Assembly: GCF_000196355.1 (NCBI RefSeq) | Contig: NC_007614.1 | Location: forward strand, 420,001-452,000 | Direction: 5' to 3' | Origin: Nitrosospira multiformis ATCC 25196 | Lineage (GTDB): Bacteria > Pseudomonadota > Gammaproteobacteria > Burkholderiales > Nitrosomonadaceae | Length of the DNA stretch: 32,000 nt | Part shown: positions 28,468 to 32,000 of the stretch, piece by piece | How the letters are laid out: each line of letters begins with the position of its first letter | Numbering within the stretch: the stretch's first letter is position 1 | Notes under the pieces: model-generated | The model's database searches: none | What the model saw: the letters and a program-made list of their open reading frames with translations, nothing else | Told to the model about the DNA's origin: nothing | Made by a program: the position numbers and the translations under genes

Positions 28468-29480
28468 CAGAAAGATCACGGGTCGATAGATTGAAGTCTG
28501 GAACAGGATCCGTCGGATTGCTTTTCAATCCGCTCAGTGGGCGCATCCGTAAGCGGAAGGAGGCGATCCGGCGGGCGGCGGAGGAGATTCCCGGTGCTTG
28601 CAGGGAAGTGACGAATGCTCGAGAAATCAGCGCGTCGGTGGATACGTTCGTGAACGATGGCACGGATCTCCTGATCATTATCGGCGGGGATGGCACGGTA
28701 CAGGGTGTACTGTCCCATCTGTTCGCCACTCAGCCTTTGGCAAAGTGGCCCGTCCTGACGATAGTGCCTGGCGGTACAACCAACATGACCGCGCTCGATC
28801 TCGGCATAAGAGGGAGCCCGGAATCCGTCCTGCGGCAATTGAGCGCCTCCTTTCAAAAAGATTTCCCCTCCGCGCTCGTGGAGCGTCATGTTCTTTGCAT
28901 AGAACAGGCCGGCGCGGAGAAGGTTTATGGGATGTTTTTCGGCGTGGGACTCATCGCCCGCGCCGTGATCTTTTCCCAGAGCAGGATAAAGCGGTTGGGT
29001 ATTACCGGAGAAATCTACTCTGCTCTTATCACCTTCGGTTATGTTGCAGGCTTCCTGCTCGGGCGGCGTCAGGGAGCATGGGCCCCGGTCCGGATGACCA
29101 TTACCGAGAAAACCTTATCCCGGCCCCATGGAACCTACGCGTTTCTTTTCGCCAGCACCCTCGACCGTCTGTTGTTCGGCATGAGGCCATACTGGGGCGG
29201 GCAACCGGAGCCGCTGCACGTCACATTCGTCAGGCAGCAGCGGCAGCTTCCCTTGCGTTCCGTGCTCCGGTTGTTGATAGGACGTGGAAACGATCTCAAG
29301 GACAAGGATGGTTATCATAGTTGCAACACCGATGAACTGGAGTTGCTGATCGATGACGATTACATCGTCGACGGCGAGTCTTATCGTGCCACCAGTCAGG
29401 GTGGACCCTTGCGCATTACGCCTGCTGGCCCGATCATCTTTCTGGCGGCGGAGAGGGCGGCCGCAAACGCAAAATCATGA
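28464..29480 (+). CDS. Diacylglycerol-kinase-catalytic-domain lipid kinase (LCB5/YegS-like)
   Basis: GLLFNPLSGR followed by LLIIIGGDGTVQGV, the DAGK_cat signature. It is a soluble 338-aa protein. The start overlaps the upstream stop (ATGA at 28464-28467). Confidence 0.85.
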   Translation: MTERSRVDRLKSGTGSVGLLFNPLSGRIRKRKEAIRRAAEEIPGACREVTNAREISASVDTFVNDGTDLLIIIGGDGTVQGVLSHLFATQPLAKWPVLTIVPGGTTNMTALDLGIRGSPESVLRQLSASFQKDFPSALVERHVLCIEQAGAEKVYGMFFGVGLIARAVIFSQSRIKRLGITGEIYSALITFGYVAGFLLGRRQGAWAPVRMTITEKTLSRPHGTYAFLFASTLDRLLFGMRPYWGGQPEPLHVTFVRQQRQLPLRSVLRLLIGRGNDLKDKDGYHSCNTDELELLIDDDYIVDGESYRATSQGGPLRITPAGPIIFLAAERAAANAKS

Positions 29481-30463
29481 GTATTCTTCAAGGGGCTGCA
29501 ACAGCAGATCCGCCGCTTCCCGAAGGTTTGATTTCGGAGATGGCGACACTGAGTTCAAATACGGTATCCGCGGATTTTCTCGTTTTGCTCGAGGCGTTGA
29601 AATTGCGCTTCGGTTCAGCCCTCGACGCTGTGCTTCTTTATGGATCGTGCCTGCGCGCGCGTGAGATAGGGGATGGGGTGGTCGATTTTTACGCGGTTGT
29701 GAGCAGTTACAGCAGTGCTTACCCGGAGCGCTATCTGCGCTATTTCAACACATTGCTACCTCCGAATGTCTTTTATCTGGAGGTATCCCAAGAGGAGAAA
29801 ACGTTTCGCGCCAAGTATGCGGTGGTTTCAATGGCTGACTTCGAGCAGGGGACCCGTCGCTGGTTCCATCCTTATCTCTGGGCGCGTTTTGCTCAGCCCT
29901 CGAGGTTATTATTTTTCCGCGACGAGGCTGCTCGCAAGCGAATTTCGGAGTCTCTAGCCCATGCGGTCGTCACTTTTCTCGGATCCACCCTGCCTACCCT
30001 CGATTGTTCCGGGACCGGAGCGACTACCACCGAAATGATCTGGACCAATGGATTGACCCAGACCTACGCGGCGGAATTGCGGCCGGAGAGAGCAGGGCGC
30101 GCGCGCCAGCTCGCACAGATGAACCTGGAGGTCTATTCACGCCTGACTACCCTGGCAGTACCTGCACTGGCAGGAAAATTGATGCCCCTCCCGGATGGAA
30201 GTTACGAATCTCTGATAGACGATGCAGGACGTCGGAAGTCACTTTGGCACTGGCAGCTGCGGCGTTGGCAGGGAAAAGTCCTGTCCGTGCTGCGGCTGTC
30301 AAAGGCGGCTTTTACCTTTCATGACAGCATTAGCTATGCGGCCTGGAAAATCGAGCGCCACACCGGTATTCGCGTCGAGGTGACTCCTATGCTACGGCGC
30401 CATCCCCTGTTGTGGGGTTTCAAAGTTTCCTGGCGCCTGCTGCGGCGTGGCGTATTACGCTGA
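29477..30463 (+). CDS. Pol-beta-type nucleotidyltransferase-fold protein resembling the Tam41/Mmp37 phosphatidate cytidylyltransferase family
   Basis: 328-aa ORF whose start overlaps the upstream stop (ATGA at 29477-29480). It has an NTase-like LLYGSCLRAREIGDGVVDFYAVV. The blocks PPNVFYLEV...KYAVVSMADFEQG...W...YLWARFAQPSRLLF parallel my recollection of yeast Tam41 (GAGVYFNP...KYGVVSMETLLKDI..W..FYLAGRLQKPVKIL). The coding call is firm; the family call is from memory. Confidence 0.55.
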   Translation: MSILQGAATADPPLPEGLISEMATLSSNTVSADFLVLLEALKLRFGSALDAVLLYGSCLRAREIGDGVVDFYAVVSSYSSAYPERYLRYFNTLLPPNVFYLEVSQEEKTFRAKYAVVSMADFEQGTRRWFHPYLWARFAQPSRLLFFRDEAARKRISESLAHAVVTFLGSTLPTLDCSGTGATTTEMIWTNGLTQTYAAELRPERAGRARQLAQMNLEVYSRLTTLAVPALAGKLMPLPDGSYESLIDDAGRRKSLWHWQLRRWQGKVLSVLRLSKAAFTFHDSISYAAWKIERHTGIRVEVTPMLRRHPLLWGFKVSWRLLRRGVLR

Positions 30464-30562
30464 CAGTGAAGCAATCACGAGCGGAATTCGACATCAAAAG
30501 CCGGGATTGAGCGCGGCACACGATATAGCGTCCGGTATGCGTAAACAATTCTTCCAGGCGGA

Positions 30563-31768
30563 TCATGAGTACGCTTCCGCTTCAGCGGAGTCATGTCGTA
30601 TGGTTTCTCTTGATCGGAGAATCAAGTCGCATACCTCGCGAACCGCGCCGTGGCCACCCGAATATTCACACATATAATGGGCCTGCCGCACGACCAGGGG
30701 GACAGCATCCGCCGGGCAGAAGGCAACGCCTACGCGGCTCAGGCATTCCAGATCGCTGAGGTCATCACCCACATACCCGATATTTTCCAGAGGAACCCCC
30801 CAGCGTTTGGAAAGCTTTAGGAGGAGAGGAAATTTATCGCTTATGCCCGGGTAGTATTCGTCGATGCGCAATTTTCTCATCCTTGCTTCAACGGAAGGAC
30901 TAGTCTCGGTGGTGATTACGCAAACCCCGAGGCCATGTTCACGCAACCGTTGCAAACCATGGGCGTCGCGAGTATTGAATTTTTTCAAGGCTTCGCCGGC
31001 GGGGCCGTAATACATTCCCGCATCCGTCAACGTTCCGTCCACATCGAGTACCAGAAACTTGATTCGTGACGCGCGGGCTTGGACCGACCCCCGTTCCTGC
31101 TCCCGTAAAAGACGCTCCACGATGTTCCAGCCAGCCTCTCCGGTGATCTCGATCGCAGTTTCGGGCGCCATCTCGTGAATACCCATGCGTCCACCCAGAT
31201 AATGATCGTTGTCTCGAAGTAATTTTTCATGTGTCAGATAGAAGGCGCCATTTTCCAGCAGGTATCCCTCCGGATTCGATGCATCGCATGACGCACGGGA
31301 TTTTAGCGGGTCATGACCGACGGGTTCTCCCATCCTTGTCCACAGAAACCGTCTGGACGGCGCAGCTGTCAGAAGCGAGTCAAGATTTTCCGAAAGAAAT
31401 TTGCGCTTAGCGGCACGAAAATCTTCAGCACGCGTGAGGGGCGAGGCTGCCTGTATTGAACAGACGACGTCGAAGGGGATCTTCTGCTGAAACGTGTGTA
31501 GGAGACTGGTCCAATTCTCTACGCCCGTACGGGTTGCGCCACTGCAATCGAGAATCTCGATTATCGTGTCGGCTCGCGAAAATTCTTCCACTATCCGTTT
31601 TCGAATGACAGGCGGGTCGGCAGTTACGTAAATGGTGTCGAAACATCCCGATATGACGGCCTGCTCCAAGCTCCAGGAAAATAATGGCCTTCCCGCCATG
31701 CTGCGTGCGCTGCTTCGGGAAACCGGCCCGAAATTTCCATGCAAAGGCGCGAAAGCTACCCAGCGCAT
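30563..31768 (-). CDS. Bifunctional acylneuraminate cytidylyltransferase-like (NeuA/CTP_transf_3) + KdsC-type HAD phosphatase
   Basis: The N-terminal half has SIQAASPLTRAEDF and LENGAFYLT (NeuA-like). The C-terminal half has FLVLDVDGTLTD, FNTRDAHG, YVGDDLSDLECL and GGHGAVREVCDLIL, very close to KdsC. The start overlaps the neuB-like stop by 1 nt (TGATG). Confidence 0.85.
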   Translation of the reverse strand: MRWVAFAPLHGNFGPVSRSSARSMAGRPLFSWSLEQAVISGCFDTIYVTADPPVIRKRIVEEFSRADTIIEILDCSGATRTGVENWTSLLHTFQQKIPFDVVCSIQAASPLTRAEDFRAAKRKFLSENLDSLLTAAPSRRFLWTRMGEPVGHDPLKSRASCDASNPEGYLLENGAFYLTHEKLLRDNDHYLGGRMGIHEMAPETAIEITGEAGWNIVERLLREQERGSVQARASRIKFLVLDVDGTLTDAGMYYGPAGEALKKFNTRDAHGLQRLREHGLGVCVITTETSPSVEARMRKLRIDEYYPGISDKFPLLLKLSKRWGVPLENIGYVGDDLSDLECLSRVGVAFCPADAVPLVVRQAHYMCEYSGGHGAVREVCDLILRSRETIRHDSAEAEAYS

Positions 31769-32000
31769 CAGTTAAAGTGAACCCCTTGTACGCGCTTGAG
31801 TTTGTCGCGTTGTGCAAGCTCGATTTCCGTCATGTCTCCCTCCTTGAACTTCAGGGTCTTGCAGACATTGCGAACATCACGGACCAGCCTGCGCAATCCG
31901 TCGGGCTCCAGCGAAGCGGCATGATCGGTTCCCTTCCAGGTCCGGTCCAGCGTGAAATGACGTTCGATCCAGGATGCCCCCAGGACCACAGTCGCAATGT
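31768..32000 (-). CDS. NeuB-family (N-acylneuraminate/nonulosonate synthase-like) protein, 3' portion; the gene continues past the window end
   Basis: GASWIERHFTLDRTWKGTDHAASLEPDGLRRLV matches the NeuB/SpsE C-terminal barrel motif. The frame is open to the window edge. Confidence 0.8.
   Translation of the reverse strand, partial: IATVVLGASWIERHFTLDRTWKGTDHAASLEPDGLRRLVRDVRNVCKTLKFKEGDMTEIELAQRDKLKRVQGVHFN

Noticed and set aside
20619-30463. Interpretation as a bacterial sphingolipid/ceramide cluster (ACP, GNAT-like ceramide synthase, LCB5-type ceramide kinase).
   Set aside because: The window contains no serine palmitoyltransferase or alpha-oxoamine synthase, and no ceramide reductase. The condensing enzyme present is a thiolase-fold KAS. 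The idea is kept only as an alternative substrate for the kinase.
20600-32000. The accessory region as a horizontally acquired genomic island or mobile element.
   Set aside because: No integrase, transposase, flanking tRNA or direct or inverted terminal repeats are visible. I cannot compute composition reliably by eye, so no claim is made.

Overview
The window reads as a chromosomal segment from a Gram-negative bacterium. Gene order suggests a Betaproteobacterium, and the tkt-gap-pgk-pyk-fba and dprA/def-fmt-rsmB-DUF4390-ntrY-ntrX arrangements resemble Nitrosomonadales-type genomes. That placement is from memory of synteny and is not verified. Positions 1-20.5 kb are housekeeping: a CYTH/CHAD protein, a co-directional minus-strand carbon-metabolism cluster (transketolase, GAPDH, phosphoglycerate kinase, pyruvate kinase, class II FBP aldolase), ntrX/ntrY, a DUF4390 protein, rsmB, fmt, def, the divergent dprA, and a topoisomerase III-type enzyme. 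Positions 20.6-32 kb are the interesting part. A minus-strand membrane peptide/KAS/ACP unit diverges from a tightly coupled seven-gene plus-strand operon. That operon encodes a GNAT-like acyltransferase, a MobA-like nucleotidyltransferase, LptF-like and LptG-like permeases, a CDP-alcohol phosphatidyltransferase with an extra N-terminal domain, a DAGK/LCB5-type lipid kinase and a Tam41/Mmp37-like nucleotidyltransferase. I cannot map this combination to any named pathway. I propose it makes and exports a dedicated, uncharacterised membrane lipid or lipid-linked glycoconjugate. It is followed by convergent nonulosonic-acid genes: a NeuB-like synthase lacking a SAF domain and a NeuA::KdsC-type phosphatase fusion. 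I found no rRNA, tRNA, CRISPR array, transposase or integrase. All family assignments rest on motifs read by eye and recalled reference sequences; none was checked by a search.
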